Positions 17,338-26,439 are shown, counted from the first letter of the stretch. The stretch is DNA of 64,000 nt from an uncultured Gammaproteobacteria bacterium (GCA_964540825.1 CAZINT010000001.1:142735-206734), one strand, 5' to 3'. Made by a program: numbers and translations. The notes: generated from the letters alone by a model not told the origin.

Positions 17338-19647
17338 TTACGCAACGCGGCTGATTGGCAAGCGGGGTGGTTTTTTGCTTTTCTTGGTTGGTTGAGGTTT
17401 GCTTTGGATTTTTTTGAGCGTTGTTTTTATTACTTGAACCGTTATATCATCGGCAAATTTGTCAGATGTACGGAATGTATCAGATCGGTCTGCGTGTTTT
17501 TCTTGTAAGTAGGCCTTGAGAAGTTCGGCTGGGCTCGTGCCTGGTAGGCTGTCTTTTTCGAGGGCGCTGAAATGGGCGAGTGAATCGTGGTACATATTTT
17601 GCGCCATATCCTTAAGGCCCTGAGCCAATTGTTCCGGAGAAAGTGTTGGATTTTTGCGCAAGAATTCGGCAATCTGCGGGAGAGATAAGGCGTCAGTGAG
17701 TCCGTCTGATGAAGGAATAAGTATTTCACCCGGGGCAAGCTCGCGAATAACATGATCGATATTCTCTCGTTCGGGAGCGTCTGAGTGGCCGGCAATTGCT
17801 TTAGCTGTGGTGTTGCGTTTAAACATTTTAAGGATTGGGCGGATATTTTTGCTTATAGTTTCGGCATAATCAGAAGTTCCCGGGTAAAAAACTACTTCAA
17901 GTAGGAACTTTTTATCTTGAGGGGTAACAGGTCGACCGTTGGCATAGGTTAGTTTTTTGGCATCGTGCGCATTGTCGATAATCCATTCCAAATCTTTAAT
18001 GAGCGCATCGCTGAGGCCGAGTTCTCTCAGCATTTCAGGTTTAAGGTTATGTACGGCATAATCGATTGCAGAGGCGGGTTTAAGTGCCCACTCTACACTT
18101 CCGGTCGAGGGATTAAAAGACAATAAACCGCTATCGCCATAGCTTGCTGCGACCAGATGCTTCCCGTTAATTTTGAGTGCCAGGCCTGTCGTGCCCATCG
18201 ACGCGATATCGTGGGTAAGCGCATAATTTTTTATTTCTCTGTGAGCGTCCAGAAAAGCGTCTTCCATTTCTTTTACAACGCCGGCGAGTTCTGCTTGATC
18301 TAAAGTTTCATTTTTACTAAGGAGTGAGTTCGGCGCTTTAGTTTTTTCGCTCAGTATTTTAGTTAAGATACGTGAAGCGATCGCTCCATCGCTATAACCG
18401 CCCAGGCCGTCAGCTAAACCAAAAACTTGCTTTTCGCGGTCCTCAAACGAACTATCCTCATTGCGGTCAGGATGTTCAAGAGATGCTTCCGTAGCCATGC
18501 CAATCTTTACATCAGCAATTTCATGGGTTTCAGGAGTGATATCTTCAAGATCGCCATCGTTTACGGGATTTTCGACATCGGCAGCGCGGGCAAGATAGGC
18601 TTCGTACCTGCTGGTATCGCTCTGCAGTTTTTGGTGTGCTTCCCAGAAAGCAAGCGCTTCAGTTTCGTCAGGGGTTAGCTTTGCTCGGTCTAAAAAGGGA
18701 TAGAGAAGTTCGATTTGTTCCGGGCTGTAATCAAGTGTTTTTTCCAACTCTTCATTTTGAAGCACTTGTGTGGCGCGGCGTTCGATAAGGCCGCGAAGTG
18801 CTTGTTTTTGCTCCGCGGTGTATTTCTTGGCTTGTTCAAGAGAGAGGTTTTTTATTTCGGCGTCTAACGATTTTTGTTCTTCAGTGCTAAAAGCGCTTTC
18901 TGGCTTCGCGGTACTTTTAATAACTTTTGACCGTGGGCTTGTAAGCTTTTCTTTTTCGCGACGCAGCGCTTGGTGTTTGGCGTATTCTTCCGCCACGCTC
19001 GGCTTGTATTTCTTGCTTTTAGCAAAATCTATCGTCTGGGGGTGGGGTTTAGTGTGCGTGGCTATACCCGTCTTTTTAATTTCGGCTGGACTAACTGCGA
19101 TAAATTGCTTTTTCTCAATTCCGCTACGCCGGTTAATTTCTTCAAGGGCGGCAACTTCAGCTTCACGCTCTTCTTTAAGCGCGTGGTTTATAACCGGTAA
19201 ATCAAGATTGTACTCCTTGCTTAGGCGCTGCAGTCCAGCTTCAAGTTTAGCTCGCTGGGCAGCAGGATCAATTTTAGGCAAAGTGTTTTTAGCGGGCGGT
19301 ACAGGTTCCGAACGCCGTTTTTCTCGTCCGTTGAGCGCATCCAACAAGTTTTCACTTATTTTTTTCATTCGAGCGGTAAAGTTTGACCACAGTCCCTGTT
19401 CTTTTTTCTTAAGAATGCCCAGTTGCAGTACCTCCGTATCGTTTAAATTCCGGCGCATTAAATCACTATCCATAAGGCGCTCAAAAGAAGCTTGTTCGCG
19501 TCTGGCTTTTTGTGCAACTTCTTGGAGTGCTACGGGCGCTTGCGCTTCGTATGCTTCGGGTGAAATTTCGACTTTATTTTTTTCGTGGCTGGCTTCTGGT
19601 GATACGATTACTTTTTCGATCCGATCGTTTTGAGCTTTTTGGGCCAT
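17338..19647 (-). CDS. large coiled-coil protein with C-terminal PP2C-type Ser/Thr phosphatase domain
   Basis: ~400 aa Lys/Glu-rich low-complexity N-terminus. PPM motifs FGLADGLGGYSDGAIAS, MGTTG, YGDSG, SDGLTDAL, DDITVQVI. Confidence 0.7.
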   Translation of the reverse strand: MAQKAQNDRIEKVIVSPEASHEKNKVEISPEAYEAQAPVALQEVAQKARREQASFERLMDSDLMRRNLNDTEVLQLGILKKKEQGLWSNFTARMKKISENLLDALNGREKRRSEPVPPAKNTLPKIDPAAQRAKLEAGLQRLSKEYNLDLPVINHALKEEREAEVAALEEINRRSGIEKKQFIAVSPAEIKKTGIATHTKPHPQTIDFAKSKKYKPSVAEEYAKHQALRREKEKLTSPRSKVIKSTAKPESAFSTEEQKSLDAEIKNLSLEQAKKYTAEQKQALRGLIERRATQVLQNEELEKTLDYSPEQIELLYPFLDRAKLTPDETEALAFWEAHQKLQSDTSRYEAYLARAADVENPVNDGDLEDITPETHEIADVKIGMATEASLEHPDRNEDSSFEDREKQVFGLADGLGGYSDGAIASRILTKILSEKTKAPNSLLSKNETLDQAELAGVVKEMEDAFLDAHREIKNYALTHDIASMGTTGLALKINGKHLVAASYGDSGLLSFNPSTGSVEWALKPASAIDYAVHNLKPEMLRELGLSDALIKDLEWIIDNAHDAKKLTYANGRPVTPQDKKFLLEVVFYPGTSDYAETISKNIRPILKMFKRNTTAKAIAGHSDAPERENIDHVIRELAPGEILIPSSDGLTDALSLPQIAEFLRKNPTLSPEQLAQGLKDMAQNMYHDSLAHFSALEKDSLPGTSPAELLKAYLQEKHADRSDTFRTSDKFADDITVQVIKTTLKKIQSKPQPTKKSKKPPRLPISRVA

Positions 19648-19656
19648 AGAAAAAAC

Positions 19657-19845
19657 TTAGAACTTAGTAATTCTAGATTTAAGATTGGTAATTTTTTGTT
19701 CAGCTTCCCGTGCACTGGCGGCAGCGCTGATTTTTTGTTCTTCTTTTTTTATTTCGGCGACGCCGCGAATAAAATCAGCTAGGGCAGCATAGGCCTCTTT
19801 AAGGAGTCGTTTAATTTTTTCAAAGGTGTTTGTGTCGGCTGACAT
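19657..19845 (-). CDS. small hypothetical coiled-coil protein
   Basis: 62 aa from MSADTNTF; immediately upstream of and co-oriented with the PP2C gene. Confidence 0.35.
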   Translation of the reverse strand: MSADTNTFEKIKRLLKEAYAALADFIRGVAEIKKEEQKISAAASAREAEQKITNLKSRITKF

Positions 19846-19905
19846 AATGCACAAATATTTTTCGTAAAACCAGCGTATGGCTACAGTATACTAAAAAAAT
19901 AAATC

Positions 19906-20724
19906 CTATTCAATAATAATTGACCTCATCGAAATACTTTTAAAAGTCAGTCCCTCAGCGAAATAGGTGACTTGCTCATCTGATTCTTGGAGCGCCAGTG
20001 TGTAGAGAAGCGGCCAAAAATGTTCGGGAGTTGGGATGGATAAATGAGCTGCTTCGCCTAATTTTTTGTAGTTGATGAGCGGCAGATGGTCGCCTGTAGT
20101 AATATAGTTTTTAGCCAGTTCGTCAAACTCAATAGCCCAGTCATACGGCTTAACATTTTCGTCAAACGTAATAAGTCCAAGATTATGTACGATGTTCCCG
20201 CTGCCGATAATAAGAACGCCTTTGCGCCGGAGATGGGCAAGTTCTTTAGCCAGAGCATAATGAAACTGGGGCGGTTTGGTAGCGTCGAGACTGAGTTGAA
20301 AAACAGGAACATCCGCGTTAGGAAAAAGATGACGAATCACTACCCAAGCACCGTGATCGAGTCCCCAGTCTTCGTCCCACAAAATATTCGTTGTAGTAAT
20401 TGTGTTCTGGATTTCTTTGGCTAATTCTGGTGCCCCAGGGCAGGGATAGGTAAGGGCATACAGTTCGGGAGAAAATCCGTAATAGTCATGAATAGTTTTG
20501 GGCTGCCTTGCTCCGTGCACAAATGATCCGTCCGTAAACCAATGAGCCGAAATACAGAGTATCGCATTTGGTTTAGGTAATTGTTTGCCGACGCTGATCC
20601 ATTCCCGGGTAAATTCATTATCTTCAAGTGCGTTTGCCGGACTTCCGTGGCCGACAAATAGTACCGGCAGACGCGGGGTTGGTGGAAATGAGTCGGTAAT
20701 AGTAGCGAAAGTATGAAGATTCAT
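19906..20724 (-). CDS. class III extradiol ring-cleavage dioxygenase (YgiD/LigB, DOPA-dioxygenase-like)
   Basis: VLFVGHGSP..ISAHW..LIIGSGNIVHNL, typical of the YgiD family. Confidence 0.8.
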   Translation of the reverse strand: MNLHTFATITDSFPPTPRLPVLFVGHGSPANALEDNEFTREWISVGKQLPKPNAILCISAHWFTDGSFVHGARQPKTIHDYYGFSPELYALTYPCPGAPELAKEIQNTITTTNILWDEDWGLDHGAWVVIRHLFPNADVPVFQLSLDATKPPQFHYALAKELAHLRRKGVLIIGSGNIVHNLGLITFDENVKPYDWAIEFDELAKNYITTGDHLPLINYKKLGEAAHLSIPTPEHFWPLLYTLALQESDEQVTYFAEGLTFKSISMRSIIIE

Positions 20725-20806
20725 AACAACATATTAGCATAAACTATATATTGACGTACAAGTGATTTTTTTATAAGATGATCGAACACTATTTTTAAAT
20801 ACGTAT

Positions 20807-21688
20807 ATGCGTCGACCACGATTCGCCGAGTTAGGTTTAGCGGCAGCTCTGTCTATGGGGGTGTCTGAAGCAAAACAAGAAGTACCGGCGGCCAAGATGG
20901 AAACAAGAACACAAAAAACTTCACCGCTGCAAGAAGTATTTGACCGGCTTGCCCCTCAAGAACGGCAAGCTGTTTTTCAAGCCGCCGAGGCACGTGAAGC
21001 CGATTGTATTGATGAGCGTGCTGCGCCAGGATCGGTGCGTCTTCCGGGAGCCGGTATACTTATGGAAAGCGTTGATGCGGCTGCTGATGCGCTTCATCAT
21101 AAAGGGGTACGGGTAATCGATGCCCACGAAGGCTGCGGAGCAGCTGCTTTAGCGACTCAGCAGATTGAAGAAAAGTTGCAGGCCGACCCAGGTTTTAAGG
21201 CCCCAACGTGGTTTAAACCTGCTGATCCGGAAGGTAATGCACAGCGTTTTGTGAATGCGGTTGCCAGCCGAATGAACGAGAAATATCAGGTTGGGGCACA
21301 GGCCAAGTATCTAACCTTTGAAAATGGCGGTATGAAAGGTGACCATCATGCTCATAAGGCAGAAGTTATTTATTACGATCGAACCGGACAAGATTTTAAT
21401 CGTTACGGCGCTCCTGACAAACTTCCCCTTGGTTTTACCGTTACGGCGCTGGAGGCAAAAACTGATGTAGCGAGTATCGTGCTAGCGGCCAAGATTGCTT
21501 TTGGCAGTCACGGCCAGCCCCAGGCGTATACCGCCGAACATCCCTTGCGGGTAGAGGTATTGGCTACAACACCTACAGAGTTGTCTGAAGTCATTAAGCA
21601 AACGAGGGATGCGCTGGGGCGTGCTATACCTCAGGCAACTGATAAAATTATTGTTGAAGGAGTCGTAGTTACAGCAAAAACAATGTAG
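20807..21688 (+). CDS. hypothetical protein with beta-carbonic-anhydrase-like CxDxR / HxxCG motif pair
   Basis: ADCIDERAAPG and VIDAHEGCGAA resemble the two zinc-ligand motifs of beta-CA. Remainder unrecognised. ~55% GC. Confidence 0.45.
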   Translation: MRRPRFAELGLAAALSMGVSEAKQEVPAAKMETRTQKTSPLQEVFDRLAPQERQAVFQAAEAREADCIDERAAPGSVRLPGAGILMESVDAAADALHHKGVRVIDAHEGCGAAALATQQIEEKLQADPGFKAPTWFKPADPEGNAQRFVNAVASRMNEKYQVGAQAKYLTFENGGMKGDHHAHKAEVIYYDRTGQDFNRYGAPDKLPLGFTVTALEAKTDVASIVLAAKIAFGSHGQPQAYTAEHPLRVEVLATTPTELSEVIKQTRDALGRAIPQATDKIIVEGVVVTAKTM

Positions 21689-21728
21689 TGCTTAAAAAAG
21701 CCATCAGATGCGGCAGCTCATAAAATAA

Positions 21729-22952
21729 TTATTTTTTCTCTATATAGTACAGGGCTCCATTAAAATCATCGGTTACGAAAAACGATTTTTCATCGTTGAC
21801 CAGGATGCCGGCCGGCCGTCCTGTTACCGCCGTTCCTTGCTGGAAGCCGGTTAAGAACGGGGACACTGTGCCATTTTGACCCGCGCTCACGACGGCATAG
21901 CCGGTTTGTAACTTTTTATTTCCCGAACCATGCAGGGCAATTAGGAGTTGTTTATCAAAATACGCGATACCAAGCGGTGCACTGTGTGGGGGCAGCTCAA
22001 TGTCGGCCAAGGGGGCGGTGCCGCAGTCAAAATTCTTAGTCCATTTTTTGCTTGTGTCAGCTTCGATTTTTTTATTAAATTCATAACAATACGGCCAGCC
22101 GTAATTTTTGCCTTCTAATACTTCGTACACAGTATCAGCCGGCCTATCGTCGCCAAGATGATCGGCATTATTATTGGTGGCAAGCAGGGCGTTGCCCACA
22201 AACGTAAGCCCAACTGCATTGCGCAGGCCGGTTGCAAAAACGCGGCTATCACTGCCATCCGGATTCATTACCAAAATACTGGCACGGTTTGGTTCGGATT
22301 CTTTTTCTTCACACGAGTTACACGAACTCCCAACTGAGATATACAGTTTGTCGTTATGAATAACAATCGTGCGTGTTAGGTGCCAGCCGCCTTGTTTAAC
22401 AGACTGACCATACGCGGGGAATGTGGTAATGGTTTCGGGTTTTGTAGTCGGTGCGTTGTCGCCGGGTGTATATGCATAGCGAATTAATTTGTCGGTGAGG
22501 GCAATATACAGCCAGGTTGTATTATTTGCGTCAGTGTAAAATGTTAGACTGTGCGGGTTGCGGAGGTTTGAAAGATACGTGTGAACGCTGGTGAATTTTT
22601 TTGTCTGCAAATCAAAATCGTCAAAAACATAGATTTTCCCCTGTTGTGAATCATTAGCATTAAACATCTCGCCGACGAACAAGCGATTGTCTGGACTCTT
22701 GGCCATGAAGCGCAGGCGTTTGTAGCCTTCCGCGGCTACACTCAGGCTGTAATCATCAGGGTGGGTCAGGGAAAGCGTGCGACCATTTTTAAGCGTAAGG
22801 GTCGCGGTTGCCGTGGCAACAGAAGCCGCCGGAGTAGTTGCAGTGGTGGATAGTGAATTGGTAGGTGTCGCAGCAGGGTCAAAATAGTTTGTACTGCACC
22901 CAGCACCCATAAAAAGGAGGAATAGGGGAATGATAAGTGTTATTTTTTTCAT
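21729..22952 (-). CDS. lipoprotein, PQQ-dependent soluble sugar (aldose) dehydrogenase family
   Basis: Lipobox LFMGAGC. Six-bladed propeller motifs ..GNALLATNNNADHLGDDRPADTVYEVLEGKNYGWPYCY. Confidence 0.75.
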   Translation of the reverse strand: MKKITLIIPLFLLFMGAGCSTNYFDPAATPTNSLSTTATTPAASVATATATLTLKNGRTLSLTHPDDYSLSVAAEGYKRLRFMAKSPDNRLFVGEMFNANDSQQGKIYVFDDFDLQTKKFTSVHTYLSNLRNPHSLTFYTDANNTTWLYIALTDKLIRYAYTPGDNAPTTKPETITTFPAYGQSVKQGGWHLTRTIVIHNDKLYISVGSSCNSCEEKESEPNRASILVMNPDGSDSRVFATGLRNAVGLTFVGNALLATNNNADHLGDDRPADTVYEVLEGKNYGWPYCYEFNKKIEADTSKKWTKNFDCGTAPLADIELPPHSAPLGIAYFDKQLLIALHGSGNKKLQTGYAVVSAGQNGTVSPFLTGFQQGTAVTGRPAGILVNDEKSFFVTDDFNGALYYIEKK

Positions 22953-22977
22953 ACAGCAAAAATCAAAATTTTAGATA

Positions 22978-23010
22978 AAAAATGATGGTAGTATCCTACC
23001 ATCATTTTTT
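22978..23010. terminator. bidirectional hairpin terminator
   Basis: AAAATGATGGTAG-tatc-CTACCATCATTTTTT. Confidence 0.55.
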
Positions 23011-23120
23011 GGTTGCAGCCAATAATTATTTTTGGGCAAGCAATCGTTCTTTTTCTTCAGCCATAGCCCGACCGATTTGTTCGAGCTCTTCTTGGGAGAG
23101 GGCTTTCTCCATTTTTTTGT

Positions 23121-23456
23121 TTAAGAGCCAAGTGTACCGATATGGAAGTTGGTTAGTTCGCTTTCCGGCTCGCGCTGTCCATTATGCTGAGCGGTAAAGG
23201 CAGCTGTCCCGTCCTTGCCGCAAACACTGAGGATGTTTTCGGCGCCGCCCGGGTGCTGATTAATCCAAGTGGTCAGGTCGTACACTTGACCGCGAACGGC
23301 TGTCCAGCAGCTGGCAGCATCTTTATGGGTCGCAATTTCGGCCATGGTGTAGGTGCCGTTGGTGTCAACGATGGGGGTAGTTTTTGAGCACCCCGCGCCC
23401 ATAAGCACCACTACCGCGGCCACAGCAATGCCAAGTGACGTCATTTTTTTGTTCAT
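23121..23456 (-). CDS. lipoprotein with cytochrome b5-like heme-binding domain
   Basis: Lipobox LMGAGC. WINQHPGG (b5 HPGG motif) and second His in AQHNG. Confidence 0.7.
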   Translation of the reverse strand: MNKKMTSLGIAVAAVVVLMGAGCSKTTPIVDTNGTYTMAEIATHKDAASCWTAVRGQVYDLTTWINQHPGGAENILSVCGKDGTAAFTAQHNGQREPESELTNFHIGTLGS

Positions 23457-23551
23457 ACGATCATGATTACTACGCTAAATAATAAATCCTACTACATAGT
23501 ACACCTCGGAGTTTATTTTATTTCGAGGGGTGTAGCTCGATATTGTTTTTT

Positions 23552-23581
23552 AGTCATTCTTAGTATATGCTAAGAATGACT
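23552..23581. promoter_or_regulatory. 12-bp perfect inverted repeat AGTCATTCTTAG-tatatg-CTAAGAATGACT
   Basis: Lies ~20 bp upstream of the 23602 gene. Operator-like. Confidence 0.4.
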
Positions 23582-23601
23582 TTAGTACAATTTGATAACG
23601 T

Positions 23602-24003
23602 ATGCAGCAGCGTTTGTTTCACTTTTTTTCTTCGCTTATCCTAACTATTTTTTTAGTTGTCACGCTGATTGGTTTAGGTGTAGGCATTCGGATGCAAACC
23701 TATGGCCATTTTACGCTCTGCCCGGTAGAGCATGGTAAAAGTGTATATTGTCTGATGGAAATTGTCGGCACCATTGAAGCGTGGCAAAAAATTTTTACGG
23801 CCACACTTGCGGAAGCGTCTTTAAGCGTGCTCGCCGTAGCAGCTGTTATTTTTTTGGGAAAATTTTTTAGTCGCGGGTTGGCTGCGGGGCAATTGTTGGC
23901 AGGCTATAAAAAATATGGTACAGTCTCTTCGTTCTTTTCAGGGTATAATTATCTTAGGGCCCTTTTGGCCCAGGGTATTATTAACCCGAAAGTTTACGCC
24001 TAG
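23602..24003 (+). CDS. hypothetical membrane protein
   Basis: 133 aa with two hydrophobic helices and two Cys in the loop. Confidence 0.45.
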   Translation: MQQRLFHFFSSLILTIFLVVTLIGLGVGIRMQTYGHFTLCPVEHGKSVYCLMEIVGTIEAWQKIFTATLAEASLSVLAVAAVIFLGKFFSRGLAAGQLLAGYKKYGTVSSFFSGYNYLRALLAQGIINPKVYA

Positions 24004-24045
24004 GTCGAATCATGTAACGTAGCTACTCAATTATTACTTTTTCTT

Positions 24046-24810
24046 ATGGAATCAGATAACCAAAAGACTTTTTTTGAACAACTTTCCCCAAAAAGCGCTA
24101 TGATTGTCGGTCTTGTCGGCGGTGTTATGGCGCTTTGTACGATTGGTTTCATCGTTTTGCTTACGATGTTTTTGGGGGGAAGTACCCCTAACCGTGCTGG
24201 AAATCAGCCGGTTGCTGTACAGCCTTCGGGCACAGATACAACCGGTCAAGCTCCTGCACCAACAGGTCCGGTTGACGTTGGTGTCGGTCATTTCCCAGCC
24301 AAGGGTAAGAGCGACGCTCCAGTAACCATTATTCAATTTGCTGACTTCCGCTGCCCGTTCTGCGAACGCTACTTTACTGACGCCGAGCAGGGGATTATGA
24401 AGGACTATGTTGCGACCGGTAAAGTAAAATACTATTTCCGCAGCTTTGCCTTCCTGGGACCTGAATCAACGTTGACGCATGAAGCTGTTGAATGTGCTAA
24501 TGACCAGGGTAAGTTCTGGGAATTCCACGACTGGCTCTATAAAAACCAAGCTCCGGAGTCCGATCTGGCTTACTATTCTCAAGATAATTTGATTAAGTAT
24601 GGCGTCGGTATCGGTCTTAACAAAGCAAAATTCACTGATTGTCTTACTTCTCACAAATTCGCAGCCAAAGTTCAGGAAGATTTGAACGAAGGCCAGGCAG
24701 CTGGTGTCAATGGAACCCCTACTACCTTTATTGATGGTGTAGCGATCGTTGGTGCCCAGCCATATGCTACGATCAAACAAGCGATTGATCAGGCGTTGGC
24801 TGGAAAATAA
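24046..24810 (+). CDS. DsbA-like thiol:disulfide oxidoreductase (thioredoxin fold), membrane anchored
   Basis: N-terminal TM; active site FRCPFCERYF (CPFC); DsbA-like length. Confidence 0.8.
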   Translation: MESDNQKTFFEQLSPKSAMIVGLVGGVMALCTIGFIVLLTMFLGGSTPNRAGNQPVAVQPSGTDTTGQAPAPTGPVDVGVGHFPAKGKSDAPVTIIQFADFRCPFCERYFTDAEQGIMKDYVATGKVKYYFRSFAFLGPESTLTHEAVECANDQGKFWEFHDWLYKNQAPESDLAYYSQDNLIKYGVGIGLNKAKFTDCLTSHKFAAKVQEDLNEGQAAGVNGTPTTFIDGVAIVGAQPYATIKQAIDQALAGK

Positions 24811-24814
24811 AAAA

Positions 24815-24858
24815 TAATTAATAACTCCGATCTCAACCATCGGAGTTATTTTTTTAAA
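24815..24858 (+). terminator. intrinsic terminator
   Basis: AATAACTCCGAT-ctcaacc-ATCGGAGTTATT followed by TTTTT. Confidence 0.55.
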
Positions 24859-24924
24859 CACACCTTTACATTTTCAGGTATCGGGGGTACGCTTACTTTA
24901 CTTATTATTCTTAAGCGCGAAGCT

Positions 24925-25509
24925 ATGAAAAAAGCGGTCTACGCATTGGTTATTGGGGTTTTATTTATGGGGGCCGGTTGCGGCACTACAACAAATACGT
25001 CCCAAACAGGAAATACGGAAACTAAAACGTATGAAAATTCTCTGTATGGTTTTCATTTTAATTATCCTGCAAATGCTCAAGAATCTGTTTTAACCCTGGG
25101 AAATTTAGATGAAAAATTAGTGCAGTACGAATTACCCGTTGACCAGTATCCGTCAACTAATTTAGCCGAAGCACATTTTATTGTTACAGCGCTTCCCCTT
25201 GATGAATTAAAGAGCTGCCTGACTGTTGCTTTGCCTGATGATTCGGTTACATTTGATACTGCCAACAAAATAGTTATCAATGGCCAGGATTTTTATGCCG
25301 CTACGGTTACTGATCAAGACAGTGAGGATTTATATGAATCTCGGTTGTATCGAGCTTTTAACGATTACGAATGCTTCGAATTTGAAGAATTTGTTCATAC
25401 TACAAATGTAGCCGAGGGAAGCGCTGTAAAAGAAGTAGATAAGCCGGCGGTATGGAAGTCGCTCGACACCATGCTTCAATCGGTAACGTTTGACAGGCCA
25501 AATGTTTAA
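24925..25509 (+). CDS. hypothetical lipoprotein (family member 1)
   Basis: Lipobox FMGAGC. Shares Y.F.F.YP..GTN..NG..FY..YRAF..CFE..HTTNVA..V.EV.K..W..L..QS.F with the next gene. Confidence 0.55.
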   Translation: MKKAVYALVIGVLFMGAGCGTTTNTSQTGNTETKTYENSLYGFHFNYPANAQESVLTLGNLDEKLVQYELPVDQYPSTNLAEAHFIVTALPLDELKSCLTVALPDDSVTFDTANKIVINGQDFYAATVTDQDSEDLYESRLYRAFNDYECFEFEEFVHTTNVAEGSAVKEVDKPAVWKSLDTMLQSVTFDRPNV

Positions 25510-25544
25510 AATCAGAAGTAGTATTATTCATTAAGCTCAGGTAT

Positions 25545-26162
25545 ATGAAAAAACTATTGTTTGGACTTTTTGCTGCGGTTCTCATTGGAGGCGCAGGCTG
25601 CAGTAGTACCCCGTTGCCGGTCGAACCAGCCCAGCCCCCGGTTACTACGCCAGAAACACCGACTACAACGCCTGCTGCTGATTTGCAGGTGTACAAGAAT
25701 GTCCAATACAACTTTGAATTTTCCTATCCTAAGGGTTTAGGATTTGCGGCGCCAAATTATGCCAATATGGATAATAAGATTGTCCAGGTACAACTCTCTG
25801 CCGATGCTTACCCTGGCACAAATTTTCGAGATGGCGGCGTGGCTGTAAGTTCGGGCTCTGCCGATATCCTTAATGGCTGTTTGGCCCAAAGCCCAATTGC
25901 TGGCGGAAAAGGATTTAAGAATAAAGTCACTATTAACGGTGTAGAGTTTTACACCGATGAAGGTATTGATGCTGGGGCTGGGAATTTCTATGTTTCCAAG
26001 GCTTACCGCACGTTCCACAACTCGCAGTGTTTTGAAATTGTGGAAACAATTCATACTACCAATGTTGCCAACTACCCTGATGGGACGGTCAGTGAAGTCG
26101 TTAAAGAACCAATTTGGGCTGAGCTTAATAGTATTGTGCAAAGTTTCAAATTTAATTCTTAA
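25545..26162 (+). CDS. hypothetical lipoprotein (family member 2, tandem paralog)
   Basis: Lipobox IGGAGC; same conserved skeleton as 24925..25509. Confidence 0.55.
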   Translation: MKKLLFGLFAAVLIGGAGCSSTPLPVEPAQPPVTTPETPTTTPAADLQVYKNVQYNFEFSYPKGLGFAAPNYANMDNKIVQVQLSADAYPGTNFRDGGVAVSSGSADILNGCLAQSPIAGGKGFKNKVTINGVEFYTDEGIDAGAGNFYVSKAYRTFHNSQCFEIVETIHTTNVANYPDGTVSEVVKEPIWAELNSIVQSFKFNS

Positions 26163-26172
26163 AGAGTGTTTT

Positions 26173-26439
26173 ATGGTAACCACCTGTGAACACGTTTCAG
26201 AAATTAAAGCTGTAACGCCGGTTACTCCGGATGGTTGTACTGATTGTCTCAAGACCGGAGACGAATGGGTGGCACTTCGCTTGTGCCTATCCTGCGGAAA
26301 TGTTGGTTGCTGTGATTCTTCCAAAAATAAACACGCCACCAAACATTTTGAAGCAAGTGGTCACCCCATTATGCAAGCCTATCAAGAAGGTAAAGAATGG
26401 AAATGGTGTTATGTAGACAAGACGTATATCGAAGTATAA
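26173..26439 (+). CDS. UBP-type zinc-finger (zf-UBP) domain protein
   Basis: 88 aa from MVTTCEH: CEH..C..C..W.ALRLCLSCGNVGCC..H..H..KW.C pattern. Confidence 0.65.
   Translation: MVTTCEHVSEIKAVTPVTPDGCTDCLKTGDEWVALRLCLSCGNVGCCDSSKNKHATKHFEASGHPIMQAYQEGKEWKWCYVDKTYIEV

Noticed and set aside
18770-19633. 287-aa plus-strand ORF antisense to the PP2C/coiled-coil gene
   Set aside because: Ser/Arg/Phe-rich low-complexity translation caused by the lysine/glutamate-rich sense strand. No start context.
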